Assembly (NCBI RefSeq): GCF_040938485.1
Contig: NW_027271052.1
Span: 744,001-808,000, forward strand
Length of the DNA stretch: 64,000 nucleotides
Direction: 5' to 3'
Source: Diadema antillarum
Lineage: Eukaryota
The notes under the pieces were generated by a model. The model saw only the letters and a program-made list of their open reading frames with translations. It searched no databases and was not told where the DNA came from. Below are positions 37,022 to 48,559 of the stretch, piece after piece. A program made the position numbers and the translations under genes. Numbering within the stretch: position 1 is the first letter of the stretch; each line of letters begins with the position of its first letter.

Positions 37022-37587
37022 AGGAAACCATAACCCAAAGAGAAATGTGGATTGACTTAAAGCAGCAAAATTAGTAGAACACATCAGTGAAAGTTTGAGG
37101 AAAATCGGACAATCGTAGCAAAAGTTATTAATTCTGAAAGTTATGTGTTGTAATGACGGGATAAGGAGACTACTAGAGATCATGACGTCATGTGTTTACA
37201 ACAATATAGAGAAAATATAAAGATAATTCCACAAAAATTCATTTTTCAAGAAAATTGCACATTCCATTAACTTGATAGTGACATAATGTTAAGGGTAGTA
37301 ATTATTCCCCCTGCTTTCTGAAAATGGTAAGTAAAGCGCTTTTTATTACGGTAGAAAAGTGAAAGCATAGTGAATTTTCTTTATATTTCATATTATTGTC
37401 AGATTGTTATCCACACACGATGTGATAACCTCAAGTAGTCTCCTTATCAAGTGGTTCAAACACCAAAACTTTTAAAATACATAACTTTCGCATCGATTGT
37501 CCGATTTTCCCCAAACTTTCACTGATGTGCACTACTAATGTTGCTGCTTTCACTCAGTCCACATTTCTCTTTGGGTTTTGGTTTCCT
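37022..37587. mobile_element. Kolobok-like MITE, family 2, copy 2
   Basis: AGGAAACCA...TGGTTTCCT termini; shares GTTAAGGGTA..ATTATTCCCCCTGC and CCGATTTTCC.CAAACT.TCACTGATGTG with the copy at 22546. Confidence 0.7.
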
Positions 37588-39730
37588 TTGACACATAAAT
37601 GCAACGGGGGCAAACAAACACCTACAACTGGCACTCTTTGCTCCCATCTGGTGGAGGGGGGAATATCTGTTATACATGAAGGAAGGGATATCGGTTGGTA
37701 AGAGAAAAATAATCTGTGTTTGTTGGACAAGATTGAGTTACAATAAGCAAACCATTTTTTAACACTTCTTCACCCTCTTCTACCGTCGCATAAACTGCAT
37801 GGGAACTTAATGTAGGTGTCATGCTTTTTCTGTTTTCCAAAAACATTGTGAAATTATGTCACTGGTATAATTATGGTGCTAAGAAGAAACTTGTCAATGC
37901 ATATTTTCATAACACATACAGGTAGTGATAAGATATTGAAGTATAAAGAAAAACCTTGAAATCGAAACAAATGTTTGATAACCTTTGATTAATGATACAC
38001 ATCCTACTAATGCTAATTTTGATGCTTGTGTACTTTCTATCACTATCTAAAAATGAAATTTGAAAAAAAAAGAGATGATGCAATGAGCGATTGAGTTTTT
38101 CCTGTCTTCTGTTTGACTTACCATTTCAATGCACTTTTCTCTTTATCAATAACAACTAGTGTTTCTCATTCATTAGTTCACCGTTTCAGATAATGTTCTT
38201 GTCCCAATCGCCTTCCACTTTCCAACTGTCGTTAATCATGAATAAACGCGAAACCTAAGTAATTAGATTGGCTTAACGAGCAAAATTTTAACCAAAAAAA
38301 AAAAAAAATCGAAAGAGATTGAGTGAGAGGGGGAAGGAGAAGGGAAGTATTTCTATAGGAAATTTGCGATAGAACATTAGTGAATTGCAACGCAAATGTA
38401 ATCAAACGTCGAGAAACTTAATTAGTCTCCAGTAGTCGTTTTCTTTGTTATTTTCTTTGACATGTACTTCTCGCGGGCCAATTGACCCCGAGATCAACTA
38501 TTATACAATGTAAGTGTCACGTCTATGATGAACTTTTGTTTTCAAGCTTATGAGGGATACAGACCGTTTTCAACATTTCTCAACCCTCAGAATGTCTAGA
38601 AATTTATGACATTTGATGGTCAACAGAATTAAGGAACAAAACAAAACACACACACACACACATACGCTTGTTTGCTGAATTGTTAATTCATATGTTCATG
38701 GCTCTAAATTGTATGGCTGTAAATGCACACATAAGGACATGTTGAACGTGAAAAAAAAACAACCAAAAAAGAAAACAACAACAACAGTAAACCAGTTACT
38801 GATTTCACTCCTTGTACATGTCAGTTTCCAATTTCCCTTCTAAACCTCGCTTGTCAAGAATAGTAGTCTGCTTAAAACATTGCGCTATGCAGCAGTGAGT
38901 GACATTGGCTACTATGCCTAGACCTGTATCAATCACTCCGATCCAAGCAAGTATGCGAATCAAGGTCAAGGACAGAATCATATCGCGATACCTTTTATCT
39001 CATTCAATTAATGCGTATTTCTATCAAGGTGGTATTTCTGTCCACGTCCACCCACCTATTCATTTTTTTTTCCACTTTACCCAATCATCAGCGTTTACAA
39101 CCTTAACTTCCCTCGTATTGTCCATCAGTGCTTTGCGCGTAGCGACATCAATACCAATTAATACGAAACGAAAATTTGTTCATTTAGTGCTTTCAAACCG
39201 AAGACAGGTACTTGATTTCTTCTTCTGTTGTTTGATGTTTGTTTCCAGTTTTTCTTCTTCTTCTTCTTCCTTTTTTTTTTGGGGGGGGGGGTAGATAGTT
39301 GAATGAATCAATATTGCTACTCAGGCTTTCTAGTGTTTCATGCACAATGAATTCGTCCGTGATCGTGACCGGAAGTGGCGTAATTATTAAACGGAAACGC
39401 TGCCGTGTGGACAAAAAATTGTTATTTGGCAGGGAACCTCGCATGTGACAAAAAGAAATTCTTTCAAACTAAGGTCATCAGATCTATAACGATTAAAATT
39501 GCTTGCCTGCTATTCTAGACCCAAACTGTTTTTTCCAAGTGTCCTCGACAATCCATTTTGGATGATCACACCCAGTGAAAGCCAGATTGATCGTGTTGAT
39601 TCACAACATTTTTTTTTTTTGGACTAGATTACTCAGAAGTTTGCTGAACTACTAGTAGTTACTTGTTTTAAAGTTTTCTGGAATAATACTAAGTAGGCCT
39701 ACATCTACTGGTATCGCATTATGCGTAGCT

Positions 39731-40650
39731 TTGAATTGAATTGAATTTGAATTGAATTCATTTATTTAACCACGGTAAAAAGCCTGCTATCAGCTATAAG
39801 CTGTTTTTCAGCAAGGCCGTGAAATGATATCAAAACATAGAAATCATACAATGAAGAGAATGCCCATAAAAAACACAAAATAATCATTACAAACGAACGC
39901 CAGAAAAGAAATGAAAAAAAAGTCACAGAATATACATTGTGTAAGTACAGACCAAAAAACAAAAAACAAAAAAAATGAAAAAATGAAAATGAAACATGTG
40001 ATAAGTTATTGGGAGATAGCAATTACATAAGCATTGTGTACTTTAATAAATTTAATATAATCAGGTAGAATAATTAGCAAATGAGATGTGCGAAATTGCT
40101 CTTGAGAATGCAGTGATTGAAGTTAGGATCTTGTTTCTGTTGGTAATGTATTGAATAATCTCGATGCCGAATATAGAGTGCTATTTTTAAGAATAGTTGA
40201 TTTGGGCTTAGAGAGGTTAAGAACATTTTCATGATTACGTAAATTGTAGTGGCTTACTCTTTTCTCGAGACGTTCACATAAACTTTCTGGTAGAAAATTA
40301 TTCAGCAGTTTGAAGATGAAAATCAATGCTTGCTTTTTCCAACGATCGATTAAACAGTCAACTTTAAGTGTACTATATAATGTTTGGCGGTTAAAACGAT
40401 TATCAACTTGCAACACGATTCTCAGCGCCCTGTTTTGTATTATCTGCAATCGCCTTAAGTGCACTGAATTACCATTCATCCACAGAGTACAACAGTAGTC
40501 AAAGTGACTTTGGATTAAAGTGTGGTACAGCGTAAGAGCTGTTGCTTTGTCAATAAAACCCCTTGCCCTTCTGAGTAAATAAAGATTGCGTATGGCCTTA
40601 ACTCTTACACTTTCAATTTGCTGAGACCAAGTTAGATTACAATCAAATTA
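39731..40650 (-). mobile_element. 5'-truncated CR1/L2-group LINE (ORF2 C-terminus, 3'UTR and (AATTC)n tail)
   Basis: Reads FDCNLTWSQQIESVRVKAIRNLYLLRRARGFIDKATALTLYHTLIQSHFDYCCTLW...LQIIQNRALRI...SRLFNTLP; 3' end GGCCTTGCTGAAAAACAG...AAATAAATGAATTCAATTC. Confidence 0.9.
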
Positions 40651-40918
40651 TATGCGTATTCTGCCTTTCTCTATTTACATTTACATTTGTTTTGATATTC
40701 TGAATTTGTATTTCATATTATATTTTACGAGTGTCATATTGATAACCTTGATCTTACTTCTTCATACGGAAGGAAAAGAGGAATTGACAGAGGAAGGCAT
40801 AATTGCCAGCGGGATCTTATTCAGTCAAGAAGACGAGATCTATAAATGGTTACATGTGCGTAAGTTTCACATTTATCAGAACTTTCAAAATGAGGACAAG
40901 GATAAAAACGGCCCTTAC

Positions 40919-41114
40919 CTCCCGGGGCCTCTGCGCCTCTCCATTTCTGGCAAAGTACCCGTTCGGTTTCCTCTTTGTGAACGGGTTAAACTTCTTTTTG
41001 GCTCGATATCGTTTGACTCCTCTTCGCGCTGAGCCGCCGTTTACTCTGCTTGAAGCGCCATTCGTTGAGGGCGTAGTTCGACTCATTTCAAGGAGATCCA
41101 CAGAAGTTGTCTGC
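40919..41114 (-). CDS. Amt: Probable Amt tail exon (RQTTSVDLLEMSRTTP...KKKFNPFTKRKP...QRPRE)
   Basis: GC-rich island; acceptor attaattag|G gives phase 2, matching the 42036 donor; strong donor GAG|gtaagg; 65 open codons. Confidence 0.65.
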
Positions 41115-41184
41115 CTAATTAATGTTTGAATTTAAATGGAGAAACAAACATAAATACATTTACATTGTAGACAGAGTTCATGCA

Positions 41185-41206
41185 TAGATAGATGGATAGA
41201 TGGATG

Positions 41207-41241
<35 letters not shown>

Positions 41242-41265
41242 GGATAGATAGATAGATAGATAGAT
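41185..41265. repeat. (GATA)n microsatellite
   Basis: Read directly. Confidence 0.9.
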
Positions 41266-42035
41266 AACACATTACTGGTATAGGAAAACAAAGAGAGATT
41301 AATTTCAGCCACATTCTCAAGAAGAAGTTTGAATATTAATATAATCATTGTTATGTCAATAATTGAGAGTGAACGGAGAAAGTGTAAAGTTGTTTGCATA
41401 AAACATTTTAGGCGGAATGTCTTCTGTTATAGAAAGATAAATACAATAACATGAATAGTGTATGCCATTGACTGACAACATCATAGAGTATGAGATGTAA
41501 AGGTGTCTTTCAAAACGCCATCTTCCTGCCATGCCGCAAGTTTTTACATATTCTCAATCCTTCTGTTATTAAGTCGTCAATTATAACTGTCAAAAATACA
41601 ACCAGTTTATTGCCTGGCCTTATTTAGTCTCAGGGAATCAGACCCCTGTTTCAGCAACACGGGAACATATCAAGCCAAACAATAAACCCAATTTGGGTAA
41701 TATCTATAGTTTGAAGGGCATAGATACATCAAATGTAGATTTTATTGAACATGGCAAAAAGGTTGGGGCACGATATCTTTCCTATGGATCAGTTAAACAC
41801 TTCATTACTTCTAAGTACTGATTGATCCTAAAATTGTCTCTAAGATTAGTTGGAATTATCATATTTAGCGCTCAGTGATACATTATGATTACCTACTCCC
41901 AATGACTCCCGGTTGCCCGGTGCTTTCAGGATCTGACATACTTATGAAATTCTTTGATGACACATAAAAATGAAATCGAAATGAAATTGATATCAATGAT
42001 CCAGTTCCTCTTTCTCTGAGAATCATACTATATAC

Positions 42036-42314
42036 CTCGGGTAAACGACGTCGTTATCGTTCTGTAACCCAGCTGACAGGTTGTATATTATATTAGTCCT
42101 TCCCTCGACGTCGCGTACATCACACGCCGATGGGGAGGCTAGGGACCGGGCGCTACCCCGCCAGCCCTGCCCACTGTGCTGCAATAAGAAGTCCGGCGCC
42201 TCGTGGCCGAGAGCTCTGAGCTCGTAAATGATGCGGACACGGTCCTCGGGGCTTAGCTGGTCAATGCCGTGCTCAACGATGTCGGCGCCTAGAATTTCGT
42301 CGACCTCGGAGCAA
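42036..42314 (-). CDS. Amt: Amt C-terminal exon (RCSEVDEILGADIVEHGI...DVVYP); reading through the donor ends at the stop at 42023
   Basis: Acceptor actgcag|T; conserved E..G.D..EHG; internal donor AG|gtatat at 42035, otherwise YIV* at 42025-42023. Confidence 0.85.
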
Positions 42315-42562
42315 CTGCAGTTTGACAAGTTGATTTGACGAGGGAATAAATCCTGTCCCATATGGCACACATTCCACATACACATATACACATACATAAA
42401 CACTTTACACTAATTTACATTGATTATCATTCTCTACACTACAACTGAGCCTACTGAAATTCTAAGCATAAAAAGCATATGTATCGTGATGTTTTTCAGT
42501 TACAGTATCTATTTCCCTGTCTGACAGACTGATGTGGATCAAGGAAAATGATGTTCACTCAC

Positions 42563-42689
42563 CGTAGGCCCATTGTGATATTGATGGTATATAGCAGGAT
42601 GAACGATACCACCAGCGTCCAGATTGTCATGGCAACCAGCATGAGGGCCTGGATGCCCAGCAGCTCCCAGCCTCCTCCATACAGCAGGC
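42563..42689 (-). CDS. Amt: Amt exon (GLLYGGGWELLGIQAL...NITMGL; TM11)
   Basis: Acceptor tgccag|GC, donor CG|gtgagt; phase 1 to 2. Confidence 0.94.
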
Positions 42690-42834
42690 CTGGCAGCACA
42701 CAGTGAGAATGAAAAGAGCAAAACAAAACAAACACAAAGTCAAAAGCCAGAACTTCCAAAATACCTTACTTCCTTAAGCAATGCTTGATATATGCGTAAG
42801 TTCATGTTTGTAACCATGAGGCCAGAGGAGGATA

Positions 42835-42970
42835 TGAGGAGGACGAGGAGGAGGAGGAGAAGAGGGAAAGGGGGAGGAGGAGATGGAGAAGAAGGAGGAG
42901 GAGGATGAGGAGGGGGAAGAGGAGGAAGAGGAAGTAGGGGAGGAGGAGGAGGAGGAGAAAGAGGGGGAGA
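42835..42970. repeat. (GGA)-rich purine tract in an Amt intron
   Basis: Read directly. Confidence 0.85.
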
Positions 42971-43005
42971 GGAACATAAATGGTGAGGGAAGAAACTAAA
43001 CTTAC

Positions 43006-43218
43006 CTGGTCGGTTGTTTAGATTCTCAATGTTGTCGGGCTGCGCGAAGATACCAACAGACAGGATGGCCCATGCGGCGGCCAAGGCGTGTACCCCAATC
43101 ACCCCTACCGGGTCGTCGATCTTCATCTTCTCCAGCAAGTGGGGTGTGAACACCGCTATAACTCCACCAATGGCTCCTATGAGTAACCCTTCCCAGGGAC
43201 GGGCAAGGGCGCAAAGTG
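43006..43218 (-). CDS. Amt: Amt exon (ALCALARPWEGLLIG...KIDDPVGVIGVHALAAAW...NNRP; TM9-TM10)
   Basis: Acceptor cgtcgcag|CA, donor G|gtaagt; second pore His in DDP.GV..VH. Confidence 0.96.
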
Positions 43219-43360
43219 CTGCGACGAAAAAGGAAGTTCTTTATGTATGGGATGATTTAAATCGCCTCGTCTCTAGAAATTTGAAATGAATCTTAACATA
43301 CATGTAGGGAAACTGGACAGAAATTATATGAATGAAAATCAGAAAAGGAAATGGGATTCT

Positions 43361-43428
43361 ACTGTGATTCGAACCGGAGACTGGCCCGATTGTTAGTTAG
43401 GCTGGTGCTTTAACCGACTGGGCTGTGG
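43361..43428 (-). pseudogene. Degenerate tRNA-like sequence (tRNA pseudogene or SINE head)
   Basis: AGCCCAGTCGGTTAAAGC (A box/D arm) and GGTTCGAATC (B box); the acceptor stem does not pair. Confidence 0.4.
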
Positions 43429-43840
43429 GAAACCTTATCGTTCAGGTTTGTTTGTTGTTGTTGGGTTTTTGTTTTTTTTTTTGTTTTTGTCTCTGAAACG
43501 CCTCATTTTCATTGCTCGAGTCAACAGAAGCTGTTACAAGCCTGGCATGGATCCGAAGGATAGAAATCAACTTGCGGACAAATGCGAAGGGTTATCTGAG
43601 TGATGCAGCTTTTTGTATACTTATATACAATATAATATGATGATGCAAAAACTGTATACATAGTGATGCGAAACTATAGATGCGAAAACTATATACCTAA
43701 AGCAGATCGGGGAGGGGGATACACTAGTAAATCCTTTTATGACTTTAAGCTAACGATCTAAAATAATTTGAAAAGTAGACAGAAGTCGGATCATTGGATT
43801 ACCGTAGTGATAGTTTGTTCTACGTCCTTCATGTTGTCAT

Positions 43841-44008
43841 TAGCGAGCTGTAGATCTGCGACTCGAACGCTAAGACGACGCTAATTAGGCAAAAAATGGC
43901 GTTCTGCACATGCACCACGCAGCTGTTTCCATTGTCCATCCCTGAGATCCCGGGAGGCTGCATCGTCTTAGCGTTCGCGTCGCATGCAGGTCTAACTAAA
44001 GCTCGCTA
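43841..44008. mobile_element. MITE with TAGCGAGCT termini
   Basis: TAGCGAGCT...CGAACGCTAAGACGA and inverse TCGTCTTAGCGTTCG...AGCTCGCTA. Confidence 0.7.
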
Positions 44009-45450
44009 CTGTCTGACTGTGTTTGATGATGCGTAAACTCCGTTCCTTTTTGACCCTCCATTCCAATCCATTTACTTTTTTCTTCTGTTTTTATGAGTTA
44101 AGATGAGAATAGATATCCTTGTCTGCAAATATGTCTAATAACGAGGAAGGCTATTACTCTCTCAGCTCAAAGCGCATACACAATGTCGAAACAACAATGC
44201 CCTTATGATTCATAACAGAAAAACATCCACTCGTGCACAATGACTTTGCATTCATTATCAGTTCAATGATAATGACATTCTCCCTATCATCTCTCTAACC
44301 AAATGTTCATTATCTACCAATGACAAATTGGGAGGAATACAACGCACTTTATCCGTTGTATGAATGACATCTCTATCCGCCTCGATATAATCCACGAGCA
44401 AACAATGGTTGGAGGAAAACCAATATTTATATGTATAATTATGTTTCTGTTTCGCAAAAAAGAAGAGGATGATAATGTCAGAGACTCGCAGCGATAGAAC
44501 AAAATGATAATAGGCCTTGAATTTAAATTTTCCATTCATATACGAAGGGTTAAAAGCATGATAATCAAGAAGGAAAAAATGAAGCTTGGCCTTGGGCGTT
44601 CTTAACTGATTCAAAGCCTGGAGGGTTACAAAGTAGCACGGGAAGGTACAGTCAAAAGATCATTTTTTTTTTACTCAATTAACATAGATTATGTAAAAAC
44701 GGAATACATCAGATTTTTCTTCGAGGATTTCTTTCGTGATCTGAATCTTGAGGGGAATTATCTGCGATGATATCGACTGTCTCCTTGATTTTCGTAAGGT
44801 TTGGGCATTGTTTGTATGGGGATTATGGTGATACACGATAAGCACTTAAATTCGTTACTATGTTTTCAAAAAAAAAAGAGCAACAGATATATACTCTTTT
44901 AAGACAAATTATACGTCCAAACAAAGGACAGGAATGAATGTTTGTGCAAAAATAGAGTTTATCGGCATGCTGAGTTCTATTTCTAGGTAGTGAAGAAACA
45001 AATTCATAAGAATAACGGAACTATTTTTCTATTCTGTTAGTCTTCCATGCAGTAATGTAAAAGTTCTGCATTGATCGCAGTACTGAAGAACATCCATGCG
45101 TCACTCAATATGTGTTAGCGAGCCATATGACAACATAATTTATGAATAGCATCAAAGGGCACGAAATTGGATGCATATTCGAGGCTGTTTATTGATGGAT
45201 ATCATACGTGATTACTTAATGTGTACTAAAAATGCAAAACATGAAACACAGAATAATACGGAAGACAACGGCAAAAAGAAGGAATAAAATGTACAAATCA
45301 AAAGTGGATAGATACATACACGTCGGGATTAGTGCCAAATATTTCAAAACATGAAATACTCTTTTGGCCTTATAGGAAACATTTTCTCGGCAAAGAAGGA
45401 GCATGCAATGCTAGACGAGTTCTATTACAAGGGCAAGGCTGATAAATCAC

Positions 45451-45587
45451 CTGTCCCAGCGACAAGCCCGCCAAGAACACCGTTGATAAGATCTGAAATA
45501 TCAAACTGACGTTTTTTTGTCAGCCAGCTTCCGAACAGCCCGACAGATCCACCCCCCACAGAGGACATGATGGTATTCCCCGCAGAC
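45451..45587 (-). CDS. Amt: Amt mutually exclusive exon B (RSAGNTIMSSVGGGSVGLFGSWLTKKRQFDISDLINGVLGGLVAGT)
   Basis: Long pyrimidine tract with acceptor cacatcag|G, donor G|gtgatt; 137 nt, phase 2 to 1; open frame homologous to exon A along its whole length. Confidence 0.88.
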
Positions 45588-45688
45588 CTGATGTGAAATC
45601 AACAATAGAAAAACGTGGAGAAACGGTACGAGGATGCGTCACTATGGAAACATGTAAATTGCGTGCAATGAACGGGTTATCCATGTAC

Positions 45689-45831
45689 CTGTGGCGCCCA
45701 CGAGACCCCCTAGCACGCCATTCATGAGATAGCCCAGTTCGAATTTGCATCCATTCGGTCTCAAGAAGAAGCTGATGGTCATACCGACTATACCGCCCCC
45801 TACGGATGACAACAGCGTAATGATGGCTGAC
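45689..45831 (-). CDS. Amt: Amt mutually exclusive exon A (RSAIITLLSSVGGGIVGMTISFFLRPNGCKFELGYLMNGVLGGLVGAT)
   Basis: Acceptor tgaacag|G, donor G|gtacat; 143 nt, phase 2 to 1; TM7-TM8. Confidence 0.9.
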
Positions 45832-46569
45832 CTGTTCAGATAAGAATGAACGTTACATACAAAAACAGCTTTGCGTCAGTTACTTACTTCCCTAGAATTG
45901 TAACCAGGGCTGGTGGATAGGCAATATTAGACCTGTTTTACACGATCTAGACGTTATCTCAGAAATCTATGATCATTATTCAAATCTATGATCATTATAA
46001 CTAAGAACTCGCTAGACATTAAACACGTATTATCATAGTACTAGGAGACAGAAAAAACATCAATGCGTAACATCAGCGCCCCAATTCTCGAAGTTTTGAT
46101 CGTAAACCCTCAACAAAATTAACGTAACGAGTCATTGTTTTTTTCTCCCTAATGCTTTTATTTTGTATAGTAATAATGCCATTACATTTAACACTTTCCA
46201 GGACGCCCGATATTTCTCCAAGATCCTTTATCGATTCGTCACGTTTAGTGCAGGTTGTTGGTCTCAGAGCAATTTGATTTGTACACAAGAACGATAAAAA
46301 AACAACAACAACAACCTGCAGATTACTTTGCACTAAAATGCACTCAGAACTCTATCTAATTACATCACCTTTGAACAACAGTTTTGTTTCCCTGATGTTC
46401 GAGTACCTGCTGATAGCAATTTTAATAATGAGCTATACCACCGTCATCATGAACATCTCACTATTTCGCAGCTAAATCCCTTTCCCCATTACACTCTCCC
46501 TCTCTTGCCCCCCCCCCCTCTTCTCTGCTCTACCCCCCCCCCCGTTTACATTCACCACATGCAACCAAC

Positions 46570-46780
46570 CGTGTTGCCAGTTTCCACTTCCCGCCTGAAA
46601 TGCCGAACGTGCTGCCGCAGTTGAATCCAAGCCACCCCCACCAGAGCATGAACATGCCCAGCAGAGCGTTGGTCGGGTTGCTCATCTCGCAAGGACGTCC
46701 GTTCTCGAAGCGACCACGGCGCGGCTTCAGCATCAAGGTAGCGGTGAGTCCCGTTAGACCCCCGACGAGATGGACGGCGC
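46570..46780 (-). CDS. Amt: Amt exon (GAVHLVGG...LWWGWLGFNCGSTFGISGGKWKLAT; TM5-TM6)
   Basis: Acceptor atcccag|GC, donor CG|gttggt; phase 1 to 2; first pore His. Confidence 0.95.
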
Positions 46781-47000
46781 CTGGGATGGGGCAGTCAGAG
46801 ACACAATGTCACTCACTTGATACCCTTCCACAGAATATGCACAGAGAAATCATGCAGGAAGCCAGTTCGTAGTTCCACTTTGCGCATATGAGCAGAAAAG
46901 GGGAGTTTTTTATGATATCCAACTTAGATATTGAGCATCTGTGATGTAATGATTTAGCCTAATCCTTATGAAATAGTATTGCTTGCCAAAAGCCGAATAG

Positions 47001-47018
47001 ATAATAATAATAATAATG

Positions 47019-47073
<55 letters not shown>

Positions 47074-47085
47074 TAACAAAAATAA
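47001..47085. repeat. (AAT)n microsatellite
   Basis: Read directly. Confidence 0.9.
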
Positions 47086-47211
47086 TAACATATCCACCTG
47101 AAATAGTTAATTAAAGCTTATATTTGTCAATAATGATAATAGATAATACGTGTTTATGCATTCAATGCAATACAATGGAATGGACTCTTCCCGAAATGTT
47201 AATTGACGAGC

Positions 47212-47290
47212 CATTCTGATCACCTGTTCATTCTTTGTCTGACAACAATGGAGCATTCTGATCACCTGTTCATTCTTTGTTTGACAACAA
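47212..47290. repeat. Tandem duplication, 42-bp period
   Basis: CATTCTGATCACCTGTTCATTCTTTGT(C/T)TGACAACAA x2. Confidence 0.9.
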
Positions 47291-47356
47291 CAAATTCCAT
47301 GCACTGTTACGTCGGGCCAATCGATATATCGATTTGAAAACGAGTAAAGTGCCTAA

Positions 47357-48130
47357 GGGCAATTCCGCGGTTAGTAACGTTACATTTAAAGAAATTTAGA
47401 TATTTATTTTTACTACTAAATCACCATTTATTCATTTCTAGACAAAATCATGTTAAAACATGTTCATCCTTCCCAGGTCTATGATATAGAAAAGAATGAG
47501 TGCAATCCAATAAATATTAGAATTGCTATGGCAACTAAAAGGGCTGGTTAGTAACGTTACGAAAAAAGGACATGACAAAAAAATCAGTGTCTTGTAACAA
47601 AAAGTGTGCAAAATTTCAAGTTACTTCAAACAAAGTGTTGCATTAATTTCAATTATTGCATCATGACAAATGTTCACGCAAATATTTTTAGCAGTTCGAC
47701 CGATAATTCATTAGCTAGAACCCCAAATGCATGGTTAGTAACGTTACGGTTAGTAACGTTACATTTGTCCGGAGTAATTAAGCAGGTCATTTCACCCTTT
47801 TGTAATTGACAAAATGTCACATGACTTCTGGAGTATTTAAATGTATTCATCTTTTACCTTTTAGCAAAAATTTGAAGAAAAAATTTCAAAGCAACCTACT
47901 GTAATTGGCATTTAAGTGAATTTCAGCATCCCCAGTCCCACATGTACATTTTAAATGATGGTTTTAGATCTCGCAAAATCAATAAATACGAAAAATAAAA
48001 TTTACTGAATTTGAAAGACCTTAGTGATTGGTGAACATCCATGGCATTAGTTGATACCTAAATTAAAGAGTAAGATAAAGAGGCACATTTCTTTTATCCA
48101 TGTCATGTCCACCTAACTGCGGAATTGCCC
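47357..48130. mobile_element. Non-autonomous PIF/Harbinger element, TAA target-site duplication
   Basis: TAA|GGGCAATTCCGCGGTTAG...CTAACTGCGGAATTGCCC|TAA; four internal GGTTAGTAACGTTAC motifs. Confidence 0.85.
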
Positions 48131-48525
48131 CTAACCAATTGAGGACAAGAAAATAAAGGTCGTTTACGCAAATGGGCACATGGCTTATATAGATGCAAAG
48201 TAATACAAATGTAAACATAGTCAAAGTCTGACACCATTGGCTAGAACACAGGTTGCAAAATGCATGATAAAATCTATGCGATTAGATTACAATGCACGTG
48301 CCAGCAAAACGTGAATGTATTCCGCAGTGATTTTTTAAATGGTATTCTTTATTTGAATTTCATTCAATGTTGCCATCAGTTTAACAATGAAACGGGTATG
48401 AACAAAATAAGCAGCAGTATTCTTTTCACTTGTGCTGCTGAATCAAATTTTTAAACATAATGTTGTGCAAACCATATCAGTATACAAAAGTGATATAAAT
48501 TCTGCATAAGCCTATGACACCACAG

Positions 48526-48559
<34 letters not shown>

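Noticed and set aside
43361-43428. Functional tRNA gene
   Set aside because: A and B boxes are present, but the acceptor and anticodon stems do not form; kept only as a pseudogene or SINE head. The B-box at about 4615-4630 is even more degenerate.
44258-44614. 118-aa ORF in the Amt intron downstream of exon B
   Set aside because: Starts at a non-ATG codon, has no Amt similarity and no compatible splice phases.
46073-46333. Possible third copy of the Amt A/B exon (KDLGEISGVLESV resembles DLINGVLGGLV)
   Set aside because: The similarity is limited to a few residues; there is no SSVGGG half, no phase 2 to 1 splice pair and no hydrophobic helices.
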